Notes: generated by a model from the sequence alone, not told the origin. A stretch of DNA of 64,000 nucleotides from Epiperipatus broadwayi (GCA_028023455.1 JAQFVV010000006.1:248001-312000), one strand, 5' to 3'. Shown: positions 50,288 to 62,469, counted from the first letter of the stretch. A program made the numbers and translations.

Positions 50288-51080
50288 AAACAGGAAAAAC
50301 TCTTCATATAGTAGTGCCACTCAGTGCAAGCCAGAGTAATCAATAGATGCCAGAAGGCTTGTGCATAAAATACCCATCTAGTGCCTACTCATCCAATATC
50401 CCCAGACTAGTTTCTGGCTTGTGGCCTTCGTCAGTGAGGAGCCTTGGATCTGAGAGCACTGCACCTAGATCTTAGGATCTAATGCAACCCTCCAGCAGTC
50501 ACCTTTTATCTCTACTTAACTACAAAACTATGAGTCTTAAATTGAAAACACCTTAATATTTTCAATCCAAGCCCATTAGCTTATATAGTCATATGGGTCT
50601 GAACTCACTTCAGTACCCATACATTTTGGTGTCTTTGGTTCTTTACTAACCATAGCCACCACTATCCTATTAGAAGAACCAAAGACACCAAAATGTATGG
50701 GTAATGAACTGAGTTCAGACCCATATGACTATTTAAGCTAATGGGCTTGGATTGAAAATATTAAGGTGCTTTCAATTTAAGACTCATTGTTATGTAGTTA
50801 AGTAGAGATAAAAGGTGGCTGTTGGAGGATTGCATTAGATCCTAAGATCTAGGTGCAGTGCTCTCAGATCCAAGGCTCCTCACTGATGAAGGCCACAAGC
50901 CAGAAAATAGTCTGGGGATATTGGATGAGTAGGCACTAGATGGGTATTTTATGGACAAGCCTTCTGGCATCCACTGATTACTCTAACTTACTGTGAGTGG
51001 TAGTACATATAGTGAGTTTTGCCTGTTTCAATAACAGTTATAAGCAAGCATAAGAAATGGTGATCATGTGTTGTTTACTG
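50288..51080. mobile_element. Family A head-to-head palindrome (~360-bp arms, ~30-bp spacer)
   Basis: Minus HHR 50399-50441 is intact (CUGACGA AGGC cacaa GCCA GAAACUAGUC UGGGG). The plus HHR ~50877-50918 has C15.2A. Confidence 0.92.
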
Positions 51081-51649
51081 GCTTAAAATTATGAATATAT
51101 GTGGTATACGCGATTGAGCACAGTGATAGAACACTAAAAATTCTCAATTGGTTTTAATTAAACTGAGGAAATTAATTTAAAAAGCCCAATTTAATAAACT
51201 AATTGTTGTGCTCAACTTTCCACTTAGATCTTCTAGACAACTATCTACAGAATATTTTATTCCAACTTAATTTAAAGTAGAACTGCGCATAACAAATGTA
51301 TGATAGAGATTGCGAAGTAGTGAAATTTTAATATTAATACAAACATAAATAAGCAACACAATTCATTCTAAATAATTGTTTGAAAATTATTTCATTAATC
51401 AAATTATAGAACTATAAAGGTCAAATCATCACTAACATGAATCTTCATCATCATCATCATTACTATTATATAATTATGAACAAAGTGTATCATTCTTGAA
51501 AAGGCCAATGATGAAAAAAAAAGAGGACAATCACGATGAAACGGAAGGACTCCATCATCACGATAATAAATATACTTTTGAGCAGCCTAAAAAACAAACA
51601 GAAGATGGTGAGTTTGAAGATATATTATTCATTGACTTATTGATACTAA

Positions 51650-51890
51650 AACAGGCAAAACTCACTATATGTATTGCCACACACAGCAAGCTAGAGTAAT
51701 CAATGGATGCCAGAAGGCTTGTGCATAAAATCATCTAGTCTGCCCACTCATCCAACATCCTCAGACTAGTTTCTGGCTTGGGGCCTTCGTCAGTGCTTGC
51801 TGTGTGTGGCAATACATATAATGAGTTTTTCCTGTTTTAGTAATAGCTATAAGCAAGAAGTAAGAAATGGTGATCATGTGATGTTCATCG
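51650..51890. mobile_element. Family A minus copy ending at the HHR, followed by an inverted 3' tail
   Basis: cagactagtttctggcttgggccttcgtcagtg, then cttgctgtgtgtggcaatacatat..., which inverts 51650-51695. Confidence 0.85.
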
Positions 51891-52844
51891 ACTTAATGAT
51901 GATGAAAATAAATCCAAAGCAGTTGGAATATATTTTTCCATCAATATAAATGACATTATTTTTTTGAATTGATATGTATTTTGACTAAATTATGTACAAC
52001 ATATACGGCTACGGCTAATTTTTAGAATAGATATAAGCAGAAAGGAATTTGCTGTTAACCTTTTGGAGGCCTTAAAGAAACCGAGTATGGCAAATTCCTA
52101 ATGTCCACTCCATATGTTCATGTCATTGCAGCTATTATTATTATATGATTATTCATATAGTGTACAAATATTTTTATTTGTCAACTATTTTTCAATTTTA
52201 GCATTAAAATTTACCATGCATTTTTAAAACAGTGTTTCTCTGATCAAATCCTTTATTTCTTCATGATAATGATACACTGTTCTGGTCTAAATATAAATTA
52301 TTTGCATTTGATATTTAAAACAATATAACGAATAATTAATCTTGCACTCAATATCTGATAAACAATACATCTCCACAATGTTGTTTTACCGTCTTTTATT
52401 TATAAGGAATCCCAATCAAGTTGCGCTTACAATATCAAAGAGTCAGTTCACCTTTACTTTTTCTTCTAACTTCACAAAGTTCAACAATGTCCCATTTAAT
52501 ATTAAGCATTTCTTTTTTTTCAGAAAAAAAAAAGATTTCAGTTATAGGTAATTGAATAATTCATTATCCAATGGCAGTTTTCAAGAAAACTCAACTGATG
52601 TCTCAATTAACAACCATCAGATATATGAAGAGACTATGAATTTTTTTGATCAACCCAGCAAACTCACAATACTAGCTTATGTGTGTTCATGAGCAGCCTA
52701 TTCATATAAATAATCACGTAGCAATAACAGATAAATTATAAACATGTATAGAATGGACATTAGAAAATTTGCACTCTTCAGTTTCTTAAAAGTTTTTTTT
52801 AAAAAATAGCAAATTTAGTACAGTAGCAACTTTCTTTTACAATA

Positions 52845-53235
52845 TTGCTATTTAGTGCAAGCCACAATAGTCAATGAATTCTAGAAGATTAGTGCATTAA
52901 AATTCCTATCTAGTGCCTACTCATCCAACATTCCCTGACTAGTTTCAACCTAATGGCTTTCATCAGTGAGAAAGCCTTGGATGTGAGAGCACTGCACCTT
53001 GCTCTTTGGATCTAATGCATCCCTCCAGCAGCTATCTTTTACCTTTGATCCAAGGTTCCTCACTGATGAAAGCCATAAGCTAGAAACTGGTCTGGATATA
53101 TGGGATGAGTAGGCACTAAATAGTGATTTTATGCCCAAACCTTCTAGCATCCATTGATTACTATAGCTTACACTGGGTGGCACTGCTAACTTTGATTGTG
53201 TAAGTGTAGGAAATGGTGATCATGTGATGTTGTAG
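52845..53235. mobile_element. Family A inverted pair with HHR cores on both strands
   Basis: Minus CUGAUGA A AGCC auua GGUU GAAACUAGUC (~52935-52970). Plus CUGAUGA from 53063. Confidence 0.88.
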
Positions 53236-54206
53236 TGTCTAATAGCAAACTTCTTTGTTGTATATACGTATTTCAATTAAACTTTAACCAAACTAATAAA
53301 TTTAATTAAATTTAAAGTATATATAAAAGCCAAAAGTGATATGATCATATCTAGCGTAATAAATGATCAGCAATAATCATTACGGTATTTATTTAAAATG
53401 AATAACCAATGGGAAGATGCAAGATATTTGTCACTAAGATCAGATTGCAAAGGTAATAATTTTACAATTGAATTAATTTTTTTTCCCTATTATTTTCCTT
53501 TGATGTCTAGCAACAGTTTTTGAATTAATGTAATTACTGTCACTATTTAAAAAATAGCTTGTTTATATGAACTAATAATTTAAAAAATTATGTAATGCTT
53601 GGTGAGAAGGATAAAATTCAACATTATCTGTATCCAACAATTTTGCCTTATTACTGAAATGTTTGAAGATTTGATAGTATGATGTATTATTAATTACTAA
53701 TTTCTTCCTTCAACGAAGTCCAAGGAAGAACATTATCAAACTCATCAAAACCCAATTTCATATACCAATATGATCATGATCTTGTTTATTTACCATAATT
53801 GTGAGAGTGGGAGATAAAAAGTTAAAAAGATTCATGAATCTATACCAAATTGCAGAAGGTACTAAACAAAAAATCTCAGAGGATCATTTGTATACAACAA
53901 TACTCATTCTATTGTTTTGGTAGTTGAGTGTCCCAAAGAAAACGATTCTAAGATTACTGAATATGATTATTACCATTACTATCAGAATCGCAAACTCTAC
54001 TCATTTGTCATACCTTTCTTTTAAATTATTCAGTTAAAATTCTTAAAAAACACAGATCTCCAACAAATACTCCCTCCTGATTAGAACTATCAAAATCAGT
54101 TTCTAGGTTTTTGGCCACCATTCATAAGTAAATATGCATCCCATATAGATATATTTAATAGGTGTAGTGTAATATCTATATTTAAAATGAATAATTAATT
54201 ACTTAC

Positions 54207-54300
54207 GGTCAGAAGCAATAAGTCGAATTTCATCCACCCATTGTGCTTTTGCTAAATGTTTCAAAACTTCGAGAAAATATGGCAAAAGTTTGTCTTTATG
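54207..54300 (-). CDS. PI4KA: PI4KA internal exon (5'-most in window): HKDKLLPYFLEVLKHLAKAQWVDEIRLIASD
   Basis: tag acceptor, gtaagt donor, 94 nt phase 0->1. Resembles my recollection of human PI4KA [24 protein letters not shown]. Confidence 0.92.
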
Positions 54301-55079
54301 CTATTAAAAAAAAAAAGAATATTTAATTATTATAATTTGATGTGGAATTGCCAAATTTCTGCACTCAATGTATTTGATACCATCCATTTTAGACAAATCC
54401 ATTAATAAAGTTTATATTTGGCTAAAAATGATAAAATAATCTCTTGGTTAATGTATGATTAGAATCATCTAATTTATTTACCTAAAATGGATAGTATCAA
54501 ATTTTAAGAAACTTGGCACTTATAGATCAAATTGCTAATAATTGATAACTATCCCTAAAATATAATAAATTAAAGATAATAATACTGTATATGTAGAGAA
54601 ACCATTAAAATGTTAAATATCTTAATGCATTTTCAGTGTTGACCAATCTTGTCAATGGCAACCATTCAACAACAACAAACAAATGAAAATATATAATTTC
54701 ATATTTCAATTTGCCATTTGATGTCTTGAATATAACAATTGCCTTTGACAACAGTTTTTAGCAGTAAAATTCCATTAAAGTTGTATTTAATATTTTCAAT
54801 ATTTTCCTTAAATATACAATGTTGATATTGCCTGTAAATTTAGATCAAATGTAATTGATCAAAGCCAAATGAAGTATACTGTTCGGCTAGAAATGCATCA
54901 TGGTATCAATTTCTTTTTTTGACATTATTATTTGTATTCGTACACTTTAATTATATCTAATAATATATAAATCACTTTGAAATTTCACAACACAATGTAT
55001 GATTATTATTGTTTCAATTTTTTACATTTCCATAGCATTCTACTTGTTAGTTACCTGCCAAAAGGCAACTTTCTCTGAG

Positions 55080-55520
55080 CCTTTCTAAATTTAGCCCCAT
55101 TTGTCTAAGATTAACAACCACCATACTCTTTTGGATTCTATTTTCTTGTTCCTCTCCTACTATTCACTGATTCTTCCTCTGCTTCTTACATGTATGACCA
55201 ATCCCAATCTTAATCATAATTTTTTTAATAAGCAAACTCTTATTTAAATTCTTCTACCCGACAACCTAATTCCTCTCTCTTCTTTTCTGAATCAAAATCT
55301 CATAAACCTTCATTTTTTTAGTTTCCTTTTTCCCCAATTGTGACTAAGTCTTAGTCTCATTCTTAACTCTAATGTTAATAGATCACAATGTAGCCCTCAT
55401 TTTTAATCATTGGAATTTATATTCTTTCCAGTAATTCAACTGAAATTTCAATAATTCCCTGGCCTTCATATCAGCTACAAATTTTTACCCCATACAGACT
55501 TATTATCCTTATCGGTCTCA
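55080..55520 (-). mobile_element. Highly decayed LINE fragment (endonuclease/linker region)
   Basis: Purine-rich minus strand with VGLNET..SVWVKI and PKRVWW-like remnants. Many stops. Confidence 0.35.
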
Positions 55521-55749
55521 TTTAACCTACAAAAGAATAAACCGACAACCATAAATAAAAATGATTGATACAAATAAAAATTATTTCAAGTCAACTTTAA
55601 AAGCAATTACAAATTAAAAGTGGACAAAATAAAATTGCAAAAATATAGTATGAATTTAATTAAAACAAAAAAAATAAACTAACATAAGATACACCTTTAT
55701 ATTAAATTGTCCACAATAATGAAATTGTACTTAATTGTAAAAAAGCATT

Positions 55750-56365
55750 AAAGTAGTGTTACCAAGAGCGAGTCTTAGTAATCAATGGATACAAGAAGAT
55801 TTGTACATAAAATCCCTGTCTAGTGCCTACTCATCCAATATCTCCAGAGCAGATTATAATTTGTGGCTTTCATCACTGAGGAGTCACGGATCTGAGAGCA
55901 CTATATTTAGATCTTAGGATCTAATGCAATCCTCCAGTATTTATTTAGTTCACTACAAAGCTATGAATTTAGATCTTAGGATCTAATGCAATCCTCCAGT
56001 ATTTATTTAGTTCACTACAAAGCTATGAGTCCAAGATGAATACATAATAAAGTTTTCAATTAAAGCTCATTCATTTGTATAATCATATAGATTTGAATCC
56101 AGTTTGGTATCTATGCATTTTGGTATTTTTGATTTTTAAATACCAGACACTATCATCCCTGTGAACAGGATTGGTATAAAACCACTAAAAGATCACATGA
56201 TCACAATTTCCTATGCTTACACTCTGGTGAAAGTCACAAGTTAGAAAAAAGTCTGGTGATATTAGATGAGTAGACCCTAGATAGGGATTTTATGCACAAA
56301 TCTTCCATCCACTGATTACTAAGGCTAGCACTAGGTGGCACTACTGTATGGAGAATTTGCGGTAT
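55750..56365. mobile_element. Family A minus copy spanning a monomer junction (62-bp internal duplication), then a plus copy
   Basis: Duplicated unit starts at 55905 and 55967. Junction ggattggtat-aaaaccactaaaagatcacatgatcac at ~56165-56205. Confidence 0.85.
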
Positions 56366-57045
56366 GCAAAAGATTTGGATAAAGAATTTATATCAGTATA
56401 TTTGTACAAAAGATGGGATGATTGTGTTAGGAGGATTGTTGAGTGTTATAGTGGTAAGGAATGGGATAAAAGAATAGATTTATTAATAAAGAATAGGGAG
56501 TTAGAGAGATGGAGAACTAGTACGGAGAGTAAAAAGAGTTTAAATATATATAGAAATAAACAGAATATTAGGTATGAGTTAATAAATGATAATAGTAAGG
56601 AAAGTAGTTTATTGTTTAAGGCTCGAATGGGATCTTTAGCAACAAGAGAATGTACATGTAATTGGAAAAATATGGGTGATTTAGTTTGTAAATTATGTAA
56701 GGAAGGAATAGAAAATATTAGGCATCTGTTAATTGAATGTAAATGTTTGAAAACAGAAAAGGCACATATAATGAAGTTATGGAAGAATAAATATGAAAAA
56801 AGTGATTATACAGAAAGTGGATTATTGGTTTTTATGCTGGGTTTGGGAAAAGATAAAGGGGATTTGATATAAAGACCATAGAATTGACAAAGATTATGTT
56901 GTGGAAATGGGAAGGAGCAGAATATGGGAAAACGTAGACTGGGGAATGAAAAAAATAAAGTGGCTAACAGGTTTCTCTGGGCATAATTGTTGAGAGATTC
57001 TTGACTTCGTTTAAGGAGAAGCTACAGCACATCACATCACATCAC
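56366..57045 (+). mobile_element. Family C LINE 3' fragment with (CACAT)n tail, nested in a family A copy
   Basis: ORF 56348..56872 SSLLFKARMGSLATREC..CKLC..IRHLLIEC. Tail cacatcacatcacatcac. Family A resumes at ~57046-57095. Confidence 0.9.
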
Positions 57046-57459
57046 TGTTTCAATAGCATGGGTAAGCATATGAAATAGTGATCATGTGATATTTTAGTGT
57101 TTTTACAAAGATAAAAGATAAACTAGCCCTTAAATACACTACTGAAAAACATGCTTCTCCAATAGCTCTCCAATGAGAAATCAACTGTTGGCTAGTTGAG
57201 GTTATAATAGTATTTTATATTTGATTTATTTTAATATAACTAAATATGCATTTGGGATGGCTACATAAGATGTCTATAGCTTGGCTACTGAATGAGAAGT
57301 CCTATACAAAACCTGAAACATTTTTTTATATTTTATCCAGTCTATATTTAAAAACATGGTGAATGGGGTGGTATTGCTAATCACTATTTCTCAAGGTTCT
57401 TCGCTCAAATCTGTAATCAAATATTTAATATGTTATGACCAGAAAATATGTTAGCCACC

Positions 57460-57670
57460 TTATTTTCCCTTTACATTCCCCACCCTAAAATTTTCCCATA
57501 TTCTTCTCTACCCTGCTCCATTCTTTACATTCTCCACCCTAAAATTTCCCCATATTCTTCTCTATCCTGCTCCATCCCATTTCCATATCATTTTTGGAGA
57601 CTCCATGGCCTTTATATCTAGATCCTCCTTATCTTTTCAAAAACCACAGACCGTGAACCCACTTTCTGTA
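57460..57670 (-). mobile_element. Family C LINE 3' fragment with a ~54-bp tandem duplication
   Basis: Reverse complement of the 56840-56960 region. tttacattc..ctgctccat is repeated. Confidence 0.75.
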
Positions 57671-57677
57671 TAATTAC

Positions 57678-58135
57678 TATAGCAAACTCTCAATACAATG
57701 GTGCCACACAATGCAAGCCTCAGTAATCAATGGATGCAAGTAGTTTTGTGAATAAAATCCCTATTTAGTGGCTACTCATCCAATATCTCCAGACTAGTTT
57801 CTAGCATGTGGTTTTCATCAGTGAGGAGCCTTGGATCTGAGAGCACTGCACCTAGATCTTAATTAACTAAATAGGTAAAAAGATGGCTTCTGGAGAGTTG
57901 CATTGGATCCTAAGATCTATATGCAGTGCTCTCAGATCCAAGGCTTCTCACTAATGAAAGCCACAAGTTAGAAAATAATATGGTGATATTGGATAAGTAG
58001 GCACTAGATAGGAATTTTATGCACAAACCTTGCATCTATTGATTACTAAGGCTTGCACTAGATAGCAGTATTATATGGAGAGTTTGCTACTGTATTAATA
58101 GCTTGTATAAGCTTAGAAAATGGCGATCTTGTAAT
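57678..58135. mobile_element. Family A inverted pair
   Basis: Minus HHR ~57788-57828. The plus copy ~57945-57980 is mutated (CTAATGA, GAAAAT). Confidence 0.88.
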
Positions 58136-61100
58136 CAATATTCTACAGAATAAAATTGAAATGTAAAACTATGCATCTAATTTAATGAAATTGACTCATA
58201 AATTTAATTACTTAAAGATACTTTAAAAATGTATCATAAGCTTATCTTAAACTGAACTGATACTTGATTTTGGAATAACATTATTATCAAGTTTCTGCTA
58301 GCTCAAGAGCATAGTAAATAAATTAAATTAATGTGAATCTAGGCACCATTATTTATAAAGGTCTATAATAGATAGTCTTGGTGAAATGTAAATAAACAGA
58401 TTAAATTTAAGATTATTTAGCATCTATTTAATACTAAGACTTACAATAAATTGCTTAGGCAATGTATAGAGGCTACAATAATAAGCCTAGTGAAATGTAG
58501 TTAGTAGATTAAAATGATGCCTATCTAGCATTCATTAATTACTGGGATTAACAATAGATTGCTCAGGAGAAAACAGATTTCCAACAGATGGCTCTGAAGT
58601 GCAAGTAATTAGATTGAATAAATGCTTGTATAGTATTTATTCATTGAACAGACTTTTAGTAATTAATTCTAGACTAAATAGATTGAATTAATGTTTATCA
58701 AGAATCTCTTAATTACACAGACTTACAATAGATGACCTGGAGAGAAAATAGACTGAATTAATATGAAAAATTGCTCAAACCCATATTAACTGGCAGTTGG
58801 GATGTAAAGAATAGCGTCTCTTCCATTATTCCTCTACATACAGCTGTTACGGAGGTCTTTATGCTATTTAAAGAATGCTTAACCATTTACCTATACACAC
58901 AGTATACACCTATTTTGAATTTAGAAAAAAAATAATGCTTAATATGATTTGAAAAATGCATTTTGTTCAGGAAAAAAAATGTTTACAACGCAAAAAAGTT
59001 TCTCCACAACACACGGAGCACGTTATCCATTTACGCAGTTTGATTACTTAAAGTACGATTTCAATTAATTAATTATGATAAAATGGTTACATTTTCCTAG
59101 CAATAACAACTCTGGCTTATTTATCTGGACTGGCCATAAAAATATGGGCAAGTGGAAATCAATTTTATCTGTATTTGAAGGGCATGAATAGTTCTCTCAC
59201 TCCCTGGCATTATCTTTTGTAAAAGGACTGATTTATCTATTCTTATTACTTAATCTAGCACAAACTGAAGTCACATGCATATATATATATATCCTTGCAT
59301 AGTTTAGTGCAGTGGTAGGGTGATAGGCTCTAGAATTCTAGGACCATGGTACATGGCTCTCCTCCATCACTTCCGGTACTTGAACCCTTTAGGAGATCCC
59401 AAGCAATAAATTATTTGATTATTAATGCTTATCATGCAAAATGAAATTAGCTAAACAAATAATAAACTACTTTTATAATATTTTAATATTAAAATAATAT
59501 ACAAGTTATTAATAATAGAAATTATAAGAGAAATTGCAAAAACAGTAAATAAATAATACCAAATAAAAAACCAAAATAATAATGTAGCTTATTTTTCCCA
59601 CAAAAAGAACCAATACTCAAAAACATGGTAATGATAAACCATAAAAATTGTCATTGTTATCAACATAATTGTATTCAAGACGATCGTGAATAAGTTACAG
59701 AAAAGAAATCATTCCCATTTTGCTCCAACAAATGTAACATCAATATTATCCTTTCAAATATTTTTAACTAGAGATTTTATTGAGTGAAGCCTCCAAACCA
59801 GATTCATTCCAGCATTATAATCCCACTTTCAAAATCACAATTTTGAAGTGGATTTTTCTATTACTAAAGATCAAGAAAGGAATCTATCAACATCAATGAT
59901 ACTAATGTATGATGATTAACATCATTAATAAATAGAAAGATTGCTGTTCATAAATATGAATTATACATAATAAAAGAATAGCATAATCCAAACCACAATC
60001 CACCAATAACCATCAGTCCATAATGGCTAGAATCTATTTCTAGGTTTTATTCAGAAAAAAAAATAATTAACCAAAAATTTCAACCTATTCTTTAAATAAT
60101 TAGCTGTCCAAAATATATACAGTTGATCAGTAATAGGCACACACTTCAATAATAAAAATTATCATCATTAATGAATGAAAGCAGTGATATTATCTTCAGA
60201 ACTCTCATCAAATGTAAATTAGAACGAATGCATGTTGACTTCAAGTCAACATAGAAACACTATTTTTCTAGCATGCTTCCATCTTCTATTTGGGTCTGCA
60301 AAATTTTTAATAGTATGTTTTTTGTAGTGAATTTCCTAACATCAATAAACTAACTGTAACATCATTACTGGAAGCCTTGCCACTCTTAAGATAAATAATC
60401 ATATAAGCATGATTCCTCTAGAATGTATCTACTTTCTGCTTGGGTCTTCACAATTCTTAGTTGTGAATTTCCTTTCATCAGTAAATGAAAGCAATAACAT
60501 CATCAATGAAAGTCTTGTCATATGATTAAATCCTTCAGTGTTGATTTCAAATAACTGCAAAATTACATTCCTCCAAAACGTTTTTAGCTTCCATTTACTT
60601 CTGCATATTTCTCAAAATGTATCCATTGTGATTTTCCTGCCATGTTATCGATCACCTTAATCTTTAACCATCAATCACTGGATATCATAATAACAATAGC
60701 AAGATAAATTAACATCAGCATGGACAACTGACATTCTAATGGAAGAATAAAGATCCAGACAGAATTTGATTAGCATTGCTTTAATTCCTACAAAATCTTG
60801 AAAACATTATTAATTTAATCATAGTTGATATGAAAAACATTACCTGGATCATTAAAAAAACAGTTTCATTTTATACGATCAACAAATAATATGTATATAA
60901 TTAATAAGTTTATCTTAAACTTCATCATTATTATAGCATCCTGAGTTTTCTGCATAAACAGTTACAAAGAAGATATAATTTTACAAGCAAAAATTAAGTT
61001 AATCATCAACAGTAGTATTACATCATTATTTGCACACACATGCACACATCCCACCAACACAACTTATTCTAGCATCTCAGTTTTAGATATGTCATAAACT

Positions 61101-61314
61101 TTACAAATCCCTTACATCATTGACATTCATAAATCAATATTATTATCAATAATATAAATTACTACCATTAATATAAGCTTAAATCCATTCTGAAAAGATG
61201 TCAGTTCTGATAATCAAGCATGCTACATTTTTTTTAGTATGGTTGTCATAACTGCATGAAAAAATTAACAAATTGCGATATATAACCAATAAGGCATCAT
61301 GACCCTTGCTTCAA

Positions 61315-61950
61315 GCAGAGGCAAAACTCTCCCACAGTAGTACCACCCAGTTCAAGCCAGAGTAATCAATGAATACAAGGTTTGTGCATAAAACCTCCAT
61401 ATCTAGTGCTTACTCATCCAATATCCCCAGACTAGTTTATGGCTTTCACCAGTGAGAAGTCTTGGATCTGTTTGAACTGCCTGTGTAAGCATAAAAAATG
61501 GTAATCATGTGATGTTTAGTGGTTGTTCAGCATCAAATTCTTCTCATTTTTGCCACCTAGTGTAAGCTTTAGCAATCAACAAATGCCAGGAATAAAAGTG
61601 AACCATAGTTACTAAAAACCCATCATCATCATAATATATGGATACTGTACTAATTGCAGATCTGTGTAACTCCACAAGCAAAATGTCATGGATTGAAAAC
61701 ATTATGTTTTTCAGTTTGAGATAGTATTTCGATAATAAAGCAAGGAAGAAAAAGATTGCTGCTAGAGAAGAGTTGCATTAGATCCAAGAAATATCCAGGT
61801 GCATTACTACCAGATCTAAAAACTCCGCATTGATGAAAGTCATAACTGCAAACTAATCTGGAGATAGTGAACGTATCAGCATTGGATAGGGATTTAATAA
61901 GCATTACCATCTTTGCATCTACTGATTAGTAAAACTTACAATAGGTGGCT
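61315..61950. mobile_element. Family A copies: minus copy plus tail (61315-61522) and an old plus copy (61765-61950)
   Basis: ccccagactagttt..ggctttcaccagtgag, and cattgatgaaagtcataactgcaaactaatctggg. Confidence 0.75.
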
Positions 61951-62239
61951 AAAATGTGGTGAGAAAAAAAAAGAATTCCTTCTGCGATATACATGCTTTT
62001 CAGGATTAATTTTCTTTCATCAGCTGCTTTGGAATGCTGCCAACACTACATCCAAATATAATATCTACACAAATACTAGAGCGATTTGTCAATTTTTTCA
62101 CGTAGTATGGTAGTTATAGTAAAGCTGAAATCACTTCAACGTTATTCACATCTTTGGTAACCTATTTATTACATTAACATAAACACTATTAACATAACAA
62201 TTTTAATAACACATTAAAAGGTTCCAATATCAGAAAATT

Positions 62240-62445
62240 CGATTTGCTATCTTAATATAAACTGAGCAATGATTATATACATATGTGTGAGATGATAATC
62301 TGGACCACCTGATGAATGTTGGTTCAGCACAAAATATGGATATTGGAGATCATTAATCTTTTTCACATGTATGTAATCATGTGTATAGGTTACATAAGAT
62401 GGAATGGATAGCTGAAGGAAGCTTGAAAATCTGTGTTCAAACCCC
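62240..62445 (+). mobile_element. Family E copy (HHR with G12A)
   Basis: ctggaccacctgatgaatgttggttcagcacaaaatatggatattggagatc, colinear with 29063-29266. Confidence 0.8.
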
Positions 62446-62469
62446 CTTTAGTTAAATCAACATTAATAT

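Noticed and set aside
59791-59805. ESGLE peptide as the missing upstream PI4KA exon
   Set aside because: There is an in-frame stop a few codons upstream and no GT donor. The upstream exon is probably beyond 64000.
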